The notes under the pieces were generated by a model. It worked only from the letters and a program-made list of their open reading frames with translations. It ran no database searches and was not told the origin of the DNA. The position numbers were made by a program, and so were the translations under genes. Shown piece by piece: positions 19,047-29,400 of a DNA stretch of 34,766 nt. Each line of letters starts with the position of its first letter. The stretch's first letter is position 1. Origin of the DNA: Myxococcota bacterium (lineage in GTDB: Bacteria; Myxococcota_A; Polyangia; Polyangiales; Sandaracinaceae); assembly GCA_036149055.1 (NCBI GenBank), contig JAYZQJ010000027.1:1-34766 (forward strand). The letters are read 5' to 3'.

Positions 19047-20345
19047 TCACCGATCGCCGAGCAGCATGCCGGCGGCGACGGTGTCGTTGGTGGACTCGTC
19101 GACGAGGATGAAGGAGCCGGTCGTGCGGTTCCGGTCGTAGCTGTCGTAGAAGATCGGCGCGGTGGTGCGGAGCTTCACGCGGCCGATGTCGTTGAGGCCG
19201 AGCTGGGTGGCCCCCTCGTCGCGGTGGAGCGTGTTGACGTCGAGGCGGTACTGGAGGTCGGTCACCATCGCGCGCACCCAGCGGCTGGTGTGCTTGAGCG
19301 CGTAGCGGCCTCGCTTCTGGAGCGGGCGGTCGACCATCCAGCTCACCATCGCGTCGAGATCCTGCCCGACCGTCGGCTGGTTGTTCGGGCGGCACAGCAT
19401 GTCGCCGCGCGAGACGTCGAGGTCGTCCTCGAGGTGCACCGTCACCGCCATCGGCGGGAAGGCCTCCTCGACGTCGCCGTCGTAGGTCTCGATGCGCTTG
19501 ATCTTGCTGGTGAAGCCGCTCGGCAGCGCGATGACGTCGTCGCCCGGCTTGAGGATGCCCCCGGCGACGGTGCCCGCGTAGCCGCGGTAGTCCGGGTGCT
19601 CGGCCGACTGCGGGCGGATCACCCACTGGACCGGGTAGCGCACGTCGATGAGGTTGCGGTCCGACGCGATGTGCACGGTCTCGAGGTGGTAGAGGAGCGG
19701 CGTGCCGCGGTACCACGGCATGTTCTCGCTCTTCTCCACCACGTTGTCGCCGAGCAGCGCGCTGATCGGGATGAAGGAGATGTCGCGGACGCGGAGCTTG
19801 GCCGCCCAGTCGGTGAACTCCGCCTTGATGCGCTCGAAGACCGCCTCGTCGTAGTCGACGAGGTCCATCTTGTTCACCGCGAACACGATGTGGGGGATGC
19901 CGAGGAGCGACGCGAGGAAGGCGTGCCGGCGCGACTGCTCGACCAGGCCGTGGCGCGCGTCGACGAGCACGATCGCGAGGTTCGCGGTCGTCGCGCCCGT
20001 GACCATGTTGCGCGTGTACTGGATGTGCCCGGGCGCGTCCGCGATGATGAACTTGCGGCGCGGGGTCGAGAAGTAGCGGTAGGCGACGTCGATCGTGATG
20101 CCCTGCTCGCGCTCGGCGCGGAGGCCATCGGTCAGGAGCGCCAGGTTCGTCCGCTCGTCGCCGCGGCGCTTGCTGACGTCCTCGACGTGCTCGAGCTGGT
20201 CCTCGAAGATCGTCTTCGTGTCGTAGAGCAGCCGCCCGATCAGGGTCGACTTGCCGTCGTCCACGCTGCCGGCGGTGATGAAGCGGAGGAGATCGCGCCC
20301 CTCCTGGATGCCCCTGGCGGTCCCGGTCTCGACGAGCTCACCCAT
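19047..20345 (-). CDS. cysN: Sulfate adenylyltransferase subunit 1 (no fused APS kinase)
   Basis: LLRFITAGSVDDGKSTLIGRLLYD, DGLRAEREQGITIDVAYRYF, DAPGHIQYTRNM, NKMD, TGSFILVD. Confidence 0.97.
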   Translation of the reverse strand: MGELVETGTARGIQEGRDLLRFITAGSVDDGKSTLIGRLLYDTKTIFEDQLEHVEDVSKRRGDERTNLALLTDGLRAEREQGITIDVAYRYFSTPRRKFIIADAPGHIQYTRNMVTGATTANLAIVLVDARHGLVEQSRRHAFLASLLGIPHIVFAVNKMDLVDYDEAVFERIKAEFTDWAAKLRVRDISFIPISALLGDNVVEKSENMPWYRGTPLLYHLETVHIASDRNLIDVRYPVQWVIRPQSAEHPDYRGYAGTVAGGILKPGDDVIALPSGFTSKIKRIETYDGDVEEAFPPMAVTVHLEDDLDVSRGDMLCRPNNQPTVGQDLDAMVSWMVDRPLQKRGRYALKHTSRWVRAMVTDLQYRLDVNTLHRDEGATQLGLNDIGRVKLRTTAPIFYDSYDRNRTTGSFILVDESTNDTVAAGMLLGDR

Positions 20346-20347
20346 GA

Positions 20348-21256
20348 TCAGAAGTACCCTTCACGCTTGCGGTCTTCCATCGCCGCCTCGCTCTGGCGGT
20401 CGTCCGCGCGGGTCGCTCCGCGCTCGGTGATGCGCGCGGCGGCCACCTCCTCGATGACCTGCTCGAGCGTCTCGGCGTCGCTGCGCACCGCGCCGGTGCA
20501 GCTCATGTCGCCGATGGTGCGGAAGCGGACCTTCGCCTCGATGACCTCCTCGCCCGGGAGGTGCTCGATGAACGGCGCCGGCGAGTAGAGGAGCCCGTCG
20601 CGCTCGAAGACCTTTCGGGTGCGCGCGAAGTAGAGCTCCGGGATCTCGATCTCGTCCTGCTGGATGTACTGCCAGATGTCGAGCTCGGTCCAGTTGCTCA
20701 GCGGGAAGACCCGGAAGTGCTCGCCCTTCTTCAGGCGGCCGTTGTAGAGCGACCAGAGCTCGGGGCGCTGGTTCTTCGGGTCCCACTGCCCGAACTCGTC
20801 GCGGTGGCTGAAGATGCGCTCCTTGGCCCGGGCGCGCTCCTCGTCGCGGCGCGCGCCGCCGATGGCGACGTCGAACTGGTGCTCCTCGATCGCCTCGAGC
20901 AGGGGCACGATCTGCAGCCGGTTGCGGCTCGCCCGCGGGCCCTTCTCCTCGACGAGCTTGCCCTCGTCGATCGCCTTCTGGACGCTGGCCACGATCAGGC
21001 GCTCGCCGAGCTCCTCCACCGTGCGATCCCGGAACTCGATCGCCTCGGGGAAGTTGTGCCCGGTGTCCACGTGCAGGATCGGGAAGGGGAAGCGCGCCGG
21101 ACGGAAGGCCTTCTTGGCGAGGTGGAGCAGCACGATGCTGTCCTTGCCGCCCGAGAAGAGGAGCACGGGCCGCTCTCGCTCGGCGGCCAGCTCCCGGAAG
21201 ATGTCGATGGCCTCCGCCTCGAGGGCGCGCAGATGACTCAGCTGATACGTCGCCAT
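20348..21256 (-). CDS. cysD: Sulfate adenylyltransferase subunit 2
   Basis: LFSGGKDS, HVDTGHNF, GGARRDEERARAKER, WDPKNQRPELW, MEDRKREGYF. Confidence 0.97.
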   Translation of the reverse strand: MATYQLSHLRALEAEAIDIFRELAAERERPVLLFSGGKDSIVLLHLAKKAFRPARFPFPILHVDTGHNFPEAIEFRDRTVEELGERLIVASVQKAIDEGKLVEEKGPRASRNRLQIVPLLEAIEEHQFDVAIGGARRDEERARAKERIFSHRDEFGQWDPKNQRPELWSLYNGRLKKGEHFRVFPLSNWTELDIWQYIQQDEIEIPELYFARTRKVFERDGLLYSPAPFIEHLPGEEVIEAKVRFRTIGDMSCTGAVRSDAETLEQVIEEVAAARITERGATRADDRQSEAAMEDRKREGYF

Positions 21257-21314
21257 GGGTCTCGTGCGGGCTCTATAGCAGCCCGGGCCGGGGGTGTCGC
21301 CCCATTTTCAACGG

Positions 21315-21339
21315 TTTTCCGACCGGAAAGGTCGGGTAA
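21315..21339. promoter_or_regulatory. Candidate Rrf2-family (IscR/CymR-like) operator upstream of cysDN
   Basis: 25-bp imperfect palindrome TTTTCCGACC-GGAAA-GGTCGGGTAA. Confidence 0.55.
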
Positions 21340-21341
21340 GT

Positions 21342-22373
21342 CTAGAAGAGGCTGCCCTGGTTGCGGCCCTTCTTCAGGCCGAGGTGCTCGTACGCCCTGT
21401 CGGTGGCCATTCGACCCCGCGCCGTTCGAGCCAGGAAGCCCTTCTGGAGCAGATACGGCTCGATCACGTCCTCGAGGGTGTCCCGGGGCTCGCTGAGGGT
21501 CGCGGCCAGGGCCTCGATGCCGACCGGGCCGCCGCCGTAGGTGTCGATGATCACGCGGAGGAAGCGGCGGTTCATCTCGTCGAGCCCGGCCTCGTCGACC
21601 TCGAGCCGCTCGAGCGCCTCGCGGGCCGTCTTCGCGTCGAGGGTTCCGTCCGAGAGCACCTCGGCGAAGTCGCGGGCCCGCCGGAGCAGCCGGTTCGCGA
21701 TGCGGGGGGTGCCGCGGGCGCGCCGAGCCATCTCCTCGCAGGCCTCGTCGGTGATGTCGACCTCGAGGATGGAGGCGCTGCGGCGCACGATCCGCGCGAG
21801 GCTGCCGGCGTCGTAGTAGTCGAGGCGGGCCTCGATGCCGAAGCGGGAGAGCATCGGCCCGGTGAGCAGCCCGGTGCGGGTCGTCGCGCCGACCAGGGTG
21901 AACGGCGAGAGGTTCAGGGTCCAGGCGGTGGCCATCGGTCCGTCGCCCTGCACGACGTCGATCCGGAAGTCCTCCATCGCGGTGTAGAGGTTCTCCTCGA
22001 CCACGCTGCTGAGGCGGTGGATCTCGTCGATGAAGAGCACGTCGCCCGGCTCGAGCTTGGTCAGCAGCGCGGCGAGCTGCCCCTTGTGCTCGATGGCGGG
22101 CGCGTGGGCGACGGTGATCTGCTTGCCCATCTCCTCGGCGAGGATGAAGGCGAGGGTCGTCTTGCCGAGGCCGGGCGGACCGAAGAGGAGCACGTGGTCG
22201 AGCGGGCCGCCCCGCTTGCGCGCGGCCTGCACGTAGATCGAGAGGTTCTCGACCAGCGCGGGCTGGCCGACGAATTCCTCGAGGCGCGACGGCCTCAGGC
22301 TCGCGTCCGCGGTCTCCTCGGCGTCCTCGGTCGGGTCGAGCACGCCGGCGGGCTCGGTCTGCTGGATGGGCAT
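21342..22373 (-). CDS. ruvB: Holliday junction branch migration helicase RuvB
   Basis: [64 protein letters not shown]...RTARGR. Confidence 0.98.
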   Translation of the reverse strand: MPIQQTEPAGVLDPTEDAEETADASLRPSRLEEFVGQPALVENLSIYVQAARKRGGPLDHVLLFGPPGLGKTTLAFILAEEMGKQITVAHAPAIEHKGQLAALLTKLEPGDVLFIDEIHRLSSVVEENLYTAMEDFRIDVVQGDGPMATAWTLNLSPFTLVGATTRTGLLTGPMLSRFGIEARLDYYDAGSLARIVRRSASILEVDITDEACEEMARRARGTPRIANRLLRRARDFAEVLSDGTLDAKTAREALERLEVDEAGLDEMNRRFLRVIIDTYGGGPVGIEALAATLSEPRDTLEDVIEPYLLQKGFLARTARGRMATDRAYEHLGLKKGRNQGSLF

Positions 22374-22394
22374 CGTGGTCTACGGCTCGGGAGG

Positions 22395-23015
22395 TCAGCT
22401 CAACTGCGCCAGGGCGCGCTTCATCAACGTCTCGAAGGGCTCGCCCTCCGCGTCGTCGGCCACGGCGGCGACGGCGCGATCGGCCTCGACGGGCTTGAAC
22501 CCCATCGTCACCAGCATCTGCGCGACCTGCGCGAGGGGCGCGTCGTCGTCCAGCTTCGGCGCGGGCTTGCCGTTGCCCGACGGCGGGAGCGGGGCGCCGG
22601 CGAGGCTCACGAAGCCGAGCTTGTCCTTGAGCTCGAGCAGGAGCCGCTCGACCGTGCGCTTGCCCACCCCCGGGATGCCCTTGAACCGCGACTTGTCCTG
22701 GCTCGCGATCGCGGCCGCCAGCTGACGGGCGTCCATCGCGCTCAGGATCGCGAGCGCGCTCTTCGGCCCGATGTTCGAGATCCCGAGCAGCGTGCGGAAC
22801 GCGGTGCGGTCTTCGAACCTGTCGAAACCATAGAGGATCAGCGCGTCCTCCCGCACGTGGGTGTGGACGTGGAGGGTCACCGGCTCCGGCGGGCTGGGCA
22901 GCTTGCCCAGGGTGCCGAGCGGGATGAAGACCTCGTAGCCGACGCCCCCGACGTCCACGATGCAGGACCCGTCGGGGAGGCGTTCGGCGATGACGCCGCG
23001 GAGCCTGCCGATCAC
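22395..23015 (-). CDS. ruvA: Holliday junction DNA-binding protein RuvA
   Basis: MIGRLRG, DVGGVGYEV, HVRED..LYGF, IGPKSAL, IPGVGKRTVER..LELKDK. Confidence 0.97.
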   Translation of the reverse strand: MIGRLRGVIAERLPDGSCIVDVGGVGYEVFIPLGTLGKLPSPPEPVTLHVHTHVREDALILYGFDRFEDRTAFRTLLGISNIGPKSALAILSAMDARQLAAAIASQDKSRFKGIPGVGKRTVERLLLELKDKLGFVSLAGAPLPPSGNGKPAPKLDDDAPLAQVAQMLVTMGFKPVEADRAVAAVADDAEGEPFETLMKRALAQLS

Positions 23016-23054
23016 GGCGGGGACGCTATCACACGCTGAACGTCGGAGCAGCGA

Positions 23055-24239
23055 TCACGGCATCGCCGCCATCGCGGGCGCCGGACAGAACATGCAGCAG
23101 CCCAGGCACATCGGGTCGAAGCACGCGCCGGTGCACGGGCAGCACTCGCTCGCGCTCCCCGGGCACGGCCCACAGCTCATGTAGCGGCGGCAGGTCGAGC
23201 CGTCGCACCAGCTCGTGCGCCGGTCGCATTCGCAGCTGCCGTCCCCGTCGCAGTCGGCCATGCCCGGCGCGCAGTTCGCGACGCAGTCGCCGGTGGCCGG
23301 GTCACATCTCTGGCCCACCATCGGGCAGATCCGTCGGGCGACGATGCACGTCCCGTCCGGCTGACAGCTCGCGGTCTCGCAGGCGTCGGCGGCCGTGCAG
23401 GTCGAGGTCGAGTCGCAGGTGCTCCCGTCGCACATGCCGGGCGAGCACGCGTCCGGCCCCGCGCACGGCTCCCCGTCCCGATCGACGGTCCCGCAGCCGA
23501 TGTTGCCGCTCGCATCGGCCACGCACTCCGAGCGCGTGCAAAGGCTCGGGTCGGGGGCGCCGCAGTCGACCGGCGGCGCCAGCTCGCAGCGCCCCTCGTC
23601 GCAGGTGGCGCGCACGCACGGGTCGCCGCTCGCGCAGCGGGCGTCCTCGAACGCGTTGTCGTAGCGACATCGCCCGCCCTCGCACCGGCCGCCGTCCTTG
23701 CAGATCGGCGGGCTGCCGCAGTCGGCGTCGGAGGCGCAGCTCGGCGGCGGCCCGCAGCCGTCGTCGCGGCAGACCTGATCGGCGGGGCAGCGCTCGTCGT
23801 CCGGGAGGTGCAGGCACTCTCCGTCGCCGGTGCACCGATCGTCGGTGCACGCCACGCCGTCGCTGCAGATGTCGTCGGGCGCCACCAGGTCGCAGCCGAA
23901 GGCGGGGTCGCAGAAGCCCGCCAGGCAGCCGAGCGCCGCGCAACGATCGTGGTCGGGCGTGCGCACGCAGCCCACGCCCTCCACGCACTCGTCCGCGGTG
24001 CACTCCACGCCGTCGTCGCACGTCGGCGCGGCCCCGCTCACGCAGGCGCCGGCCTCGCAGCGCTCCTGGCCGTTGCAGACCTGGTCGTCGTCGCAGTCCT
24101 CGTCCCGCGCGCACTCCGCGCGGCCGCCGTCGAGGCGCCCCGCGTCCATGCCGACGCGCGCGTCGTCCGGCGGATCGAAGTCGAGCGACAGGCCGCACCC
24201 GGAGAGCCCGAGCACGAGGCAGAGAGCGAAGAGGCGCAC
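23055..24239 (-). CDS. Extremely Cys-rich repeat lipoprotein
   Basis: Lipobox LGLSGC; about 60 Cys; CDDGVECTADEC-type repeats; GTG 24239 chosen as start. Confidence 0.85.
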   Translation of the reverse strand: MRLFALCLVLGLSGCGLSLDFDPPDDARVGMDAGRLDGGRAECARDEDCDDDQVCNGQERCEAGACVSGAAPTCDDGVECTADECVEGVGCVRTPDHDRCAALGCLAGFCDPAFGCDLVAPDDICSDGVACTDDRCTGDGECLHLPDDERCPADQVCRDDGCGPPPSCASDADCGSPPICKDGGRCEGGRCRYDNAFEDARCASGDPCVRATCDEGRCELAPPVDCGAPDPSLCTRSECVADASGNIGCGTVDRDGEPCAGPDACSPGMCDGSTCDSTSTCTAADACETASCQPDGTCIVARRICPMVGQRCDPATGDCVANCAPGMADCDGDGSCECDRRTSWCDGSTCRRYMSCGPCPGSASECCPCTGACFDPMCLGCCMFCPAPAMAAMP

Positions 24240-24276
24240 CGCTCGATCGTGCCGAGCGGGCCGCCCGCGCACAAGC

Positions 24277-25113
24277 TCACCTTCCGACGGACTCCAGGTA
24301 GGCGGCGGCGAGCTCGTAGTCGTCGCGGTCGTCGGGGTGGAAGTCCCGCCGGAGGTAGTCGAGGATCGCGCGCTGGAAGAGCTCGAAGCGCTGCTGGCGC
24401 TCCGCCTTCATGCGGGTCCGCTCGGCTTCGGCGCGCCACGCCCGCTTCTCCTCTCGCGAAAGCTGCTCCTGCGACATCAGCATCGCCGTCGCGACCGTCC
24501 ACCAGCCGAAGAGCTGGGTGACCGCGATGATCAGGCCGGCGACGCGGACGCGGTAGCGAGGGTCGACCTCCTGCAGCACGTCGAAGGCCACCGACTTGTG
24601 CTCGATCTCCTCGGCCGCGTGCCAGCGCAGCAGCTGCCGCATCACCGGGTGGGCGCCGTCGAGGAACGGCAGGCTCAGCGCGTTGGCGGCCATCGAGGCG
24701 GTGAAGTGCTCGAGCGCCACCGTCGTGCTCAGGCGCAGCACCGGCGGGAAGCTCGGCTCGAGCACGTCGAAGGCGATCTTCTCGTAGAGCTTCAGGAAGC
24801 GCTGGATGTCGTAGCCCTGGCGCTCGAGGATCCGGTTGGCGCGCTCGTGCTCGTGACCGTGCCGACCCTCCTGACCGAAGAAGCCCTTCACCCGCTTGCG
24901 CAGCCCGGGGTCCTCGATGCGATCGAGGTAGTGTTTGACGCTCCGGATGAAGAAGCGCTCGCCGGGCGGGAAGAGCAGGTTCAGCCCGTTGGCCATGTGC
25001 GTCATGACCGGGTTGTCGTACAGCCACCAGCGCGGCACGTCGGCGTCCGCGAAAGGGAAATCCATCTTGCGCACCTTCGGGGTGCGCGTCTCGATCGGCG
25101 TCGCGTTCTCCAC
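24277..25113 (-). CDS. Predicted metal-dependent hydrolase (ferritin-like ExxH pairs)
   Basis: LFPPGERFFIRSV, GFFGQEGRHGHEH, ALEHFTA, WHAAEEIEHKSVAFDV. Confidence 0.9.
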   Translation of the reverse strand: MENATPIETRTPKVRKMDFPFADADVPRWWLYDNPVMTHMANGLNLLFPPGERFFIRSVKHYLDRIEDPGLRKRVKGFFGQEGRHGHEHERANRILERQGYDIQRFLKLYEKIAFDVLEPSFPPVLRLSTTVALEHFTASMAANALSLPFLDGAHPVMRQLLRWHAAEEIEHKSVAFDVLQEVDPRYRVRVAGLIIAVTQLFGWWTVATAMLMSQEQLSREEKRAWRAEAERTRMKAERQQRFELFQRAILDYLRRDFHPDDRDDYELAAAYLESVGR

Positions 25114-25141
25114 GTCGGCCTCCCTGCCCCGATCGGGGCTC

Positions 25142-25191
25142 TTGAATCGAGTTCAGTAGCGATTCTAGGTCGCGTTGAACGGAAGTCAATA
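25142..25191. promoter_or_regulatory. Two candidate TetR operators
   Basis: TTGAAtcgagTTCAGTA (25142-25158) and TTGAAcggaaGTCAATA (25175-25191) in the AT-rich divergent region. Confidence 0.6.
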
Positions 25192-25198
25192 CGTGGGC

Positions 25199-25807
25199 AT
25201 GATGCGGGTGATGCCCGAAACCCAAACGCGGACGCGCCTGCAGGTCGACGAGCGGCGCGCGCAGCTCCTCGTCCTGGGCTTGCGACTCTTCTCGGAGCGC
25301 TCCTACGACGAGGTGTCGATCGACGACATCGCGCGCGAGGCGAGCGTCTCGAAGGGGCTCCTCTATCACTACTTCGGGGGCAAGCGGGCGTTCTACGTGG
25401 CCTGCGTCGAGTACGCGGCGGGGCTGCTCCTCGACCGCATCGCGCCCGATCTCTCGCTCCCCGAGCCCGAGCGCGCCCAGGCCGGGCTCGAGGCCTACCT
25501 GGACTTCGTCGACGAGCACGAGGCCGCCTACCTCGCGCTGATGCGGAGCGGGATCGGCAACGACCCGGAGGTCGCGGCCATCCTCGAGCGCACCCGGAGC
25601 ACGATCGTGCGCCGCATGCTCGACGGCATGGGGCTCGACGAGTCGCGCGCGATCTTCCGCACCGCGGCGCGGAGCTGGATCGGGCAGGTCGAGGCCGCGA
25701 GCGTCGACCACCTCGACCACCGGGACCTCTCGCGCGAGCGGCTCGTGCGGCTCCTGATGAGCTCGCTCCTGGGCATCATGACCACCGCCCAGACGCTCGA
25801 GGCGTAG
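25199..25807 (+). CDS. TetR-family transcriptional regulator
   Basis: RRAQLL..GLRLFSERSYDEVSIDDIAREASVSKGLLYHYFGGK. Start could be 25199, 25202 or 25211. Confidence 0.93.
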   Translation: MMRVMPETQTRTRLQVDERRAQLLVLGLRLFSERSYDEVSIDDIAREASVSKGLLYHYFGGKRAFYVACVEYAAGLLLDRIAPDLSLPEPERAQAGLEAYLDFVDEHEAAYLALMRSGIGNDPEVAAILERTRSTIVRRMLDGMGLDESRAIFRTAARSWIGQVEAASVDHLDHRDLSRERLVRLLMSSLLGIMTTAQTLEA

Positions 25808-25808
25808 G

Positions 25809-26147
25809 CTACTCCCCGACGCAGACGTCGGCTTCGCCGGCGAGGCCGCGCACCGTGCGGGGGCGGCACGCGTAGCCCTCGCGCCCGCAGTCGGCGTCCT
25901 CGTCGCAGCGGAGGAGGCAGATCCCGGCGCGGCTCTCGATGCACGCCGTGTCGCCGCGGCACTCACCGTCGTCGTCGCAGTTGGTCGTGCAGTGGCCGTC
26001 GGGGAAGTCTCGATCCTGCAGGCAGAACGACCCCGCGGCGCAGTCGAGATCGTCGACGCAGGGGCCGCCGATGACCGGGCCGTCGGGGCCCACGTGGGGG
26101 GCGCAGCCGGAGACGACGAGGGCGGTGACGAGGAGCAGCGCGCGCAT
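25809..26147 (-). CDS. Small Cys-rich lipoprotein
   Basis: Lipobox VVSGC; three C-x2-D-x-D/E-C repeats; FPDGHC. Confidence 0.85.
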   Translation of the reverse strand: MRALLLVTALVVSGCAPHVGPDGPVIGGPCVDDLDCAAGSFCLQDRDFPDGHCTTNCDDDGECRGDTACIESRAGICLLRCDEDADCGREGYACRPRTVRGLAGEADVCVGE

Positions 26148-26262
26148 CGCCCCCACTATGGCAGCGTCTCGCCCTTCCGGCCGGGATCATCGGCGTGTCC
26201 TCATGTTAGGACGTATAGAGCTTTTCCGTTTGGGTCTATCCTCGTCTGAGAGGCCTCTCTTG

Positions 26263-27084
26263 GTGAGCTCCCCGGTCAAAGCTTCGGGGCCGCTCGGCTA
26301 CTCCGTCCTGGAGGCGCTGGGCACCCTGCTCGCGCCCGATCTCTGCGAGCGCGTGCTCGAGCGCGCGTTCCGCGTGTCGGGGCGTCGCGCCGTGCCGGAG
26401 GAGGCGGGGGCCGCGCGCCTCTTCGTCGAGGGCGCCCTGGCCAGCGCGATCGTCGAGGCGGTGGGGCCCGAGACCGCGCGCTTCGTGCTCGAGGACCTCG
26501 ACCCCATCCTGCGTCTCGCCGAGAGCCAGGTGGTCGGGCGGGACGAGCAGCAGGTGGCGACCGTGCGCCCGGCCGCGGCCGGCCACGACCCGTACAGCGC
26601 GCCCACCGTCCGACCGGACGTGATGGAGACCCGCCGCCCGGACGCGCTCGACCAGGACGGGGTGCCCACCGCCGCCCCCGAGCCGCCCGAGCCCGAGGCC
26701 AGCAGCGGCGTGATGCGCCGCCCGAGCACGCTCCCGCAGCTCGTGATCGCGACCGCGGCGACCGGCTACCACGAGCTCGCCAACGGCCTCCCGAGCGGCG
26801 TGCGCGTGCTGCGGGTGACCGACGCCTTCGAGCTGTTCACCGCGCTCGACACCCGGGTCGGCCCGGTCTGGATCCTCGTCGACGGCTACCGCGCGACCGT
26901 CGACCTGACGACCCTCGCCACGTTCCTCCCGCGGGTGCCCGAGGCGTGCGAGGTCATGCTCTGGGGCTTCGACGCCGACGTCGTCGGCGGCTTCGTGCGC
27001 AAGCGCGGCTGGCGCCTGCTCGCGGCCGAGGAGGGCTGGGACGACCTCGCGGCCGAGCTCACCTCCGCGATGCTCTTCGGGTAG
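26263..27084 (+). CDS. Hypothetical protein, helical N-domain plus receiver-like C-domain
   Basis: Typical codon usage from about 26263; TATCCT and GAGAGG upstream; start uncertain. Confidence 0.7.
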   Translation: MSSPVKASGPLGYSVLEALGTLLAPDLCERVLERAFRVSGRRAVPEEAGAARLFVEGALASAIVEAVGPETARFVLEDLDPILRLAESQVVGRDEQQVATVRPAAAGHDPYSAPTVRPDVMETRRPDALDQDGVPTAAPEPPEPEASSGVMRRPSTLPQLVIATAATGYHELANGLPSGVRVLRVTDAFELFTALDTRVGPVWILVDGYRATVDLTTLATFLPRVPEACEVMLWGFDADVVGGFVRKRGWRLLAAEEGWDDLAAELTSAMLFG

Positions 27085-27096
27085 CGCGCGCTCGCG

Positions 27097-28034
27097 TCAG
27101 AACCGCAGGCCCTGCAGGATCACGTCGGTGTTGCCGCCGTAGGGGGCGTCCGGCTGGCTGCCGACCGCGACGCCGATCGCGATCGCGCCGCCGACGAGGA
27201 GCGCCGCGCCGCCCACGATCAGCCAGAACACCGGATCCTCGAGCAGCCCGCCGGATCCGTCCTCGAGCAGCGAGGCGTGGACGTCGTGTCGCTCGCCGGC
27301 CGAGAGCAGCAGGGTGCGGCGGAACGGCTGATGGCCGGACGCGCGGACCTCGACGACGTGCTCGCCCGCCTCGAGCTCGTCCACGTAGGTCCCCTGTCCC
27401 ACCTCGACCCCGTCGACGAGGATCGAGGCGCCGGCCACCGCGCTCGTCACCCGCAGGGTGGCGGGGCCGGTCGGCTCCGGGAGGTGCGCCAGGGTGACCG
27501 AGCGCTGCACCCGCTCGCCGTCGACCACCGCGATGGTGATCGCCTCGGGCTCGTGGTGCTCGGCTTCGACCCGGACGTTGTGCTGCCCGGGGTCGAGGCG
27601 GAGCTCGCGCACCGGCCCCTCCCCGCCCACCAGGGATCCGTCCACCCGCACCACCGCGGTCGCCGGCTCCACCGTCATCGTCACGTGGGCGATCGCGGCC
27701 AGCGCGGTCTCGAGCAGCTCCCGGGCGCGCGGCCGACGCGAGTCGTCTCCGTCGGCCACCCGGAGGAAGTCCTCGAGCGCGTCGAGCGCGCCGGTCGGCT
27801 GCCCGAGGCGCAGCAGGGCGACGGCGAGGTTGTAGGCGGTGGACGGCCGCTCGAGCAGCGCCCACGAGCGCCGGAAGTACTCGACCGCCTCGCCCCAGCG
27901 CTCCTGGTCGCTGTACTCGATGCCTCGCTCGAAGAGGGCGCGGGCGTCGGCGGGCGGCGACTCCGGCTCGGCCTCCTGCGCGCACACCAGCGCGGGCGCC
28001 AGACACCACAGCGTCGCGCAGAGGACCGCCCCTC

Positions 28035-28038
<4 letters not shown>
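27097..28038 (-). CDS. Secreted TPR + PEGA domain protein
   Basis: Signal peptide; TPR ARALFERG..AYNLAVALLRLG; two PEGA units (VRVDG..LDPGQHNVRVEA, ILVDG..LEAGEHVVEVRASG); C-terminal TM and terminal Phe. GTG overlaps the kinase stop. Confidence 0.88.
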
Positions 28039-29387
<1,349 letters not shown>

Positions 29388-29400
29388 GCGACCGTAGAGT

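Noticed and set aside
21319..21335. Intrinsic terminator for ruvB
   Set aside because: Only a 6-bp stem, followed by an A-tract rather than a U-tract on the ruvB strand; fits an operator better.
19224..23039. Long plus-strand ORFs opposite cysN, cysD, ruvB and ruvA
   Set aside because: Classic antisense shadows of conserved genes.
19047..24239. Functional link between cysDN and neighbouring Cys-rich lipoproteins
   Set aside because: Separated by ruvAB, with no shared regulatory motif seen; the proximity is likely coincidental.
23830..25966. 681-aa and 642-aa ORFs
   Set aside because: Shadows spanning the hydrolase, TetR and lipoprotein genes.
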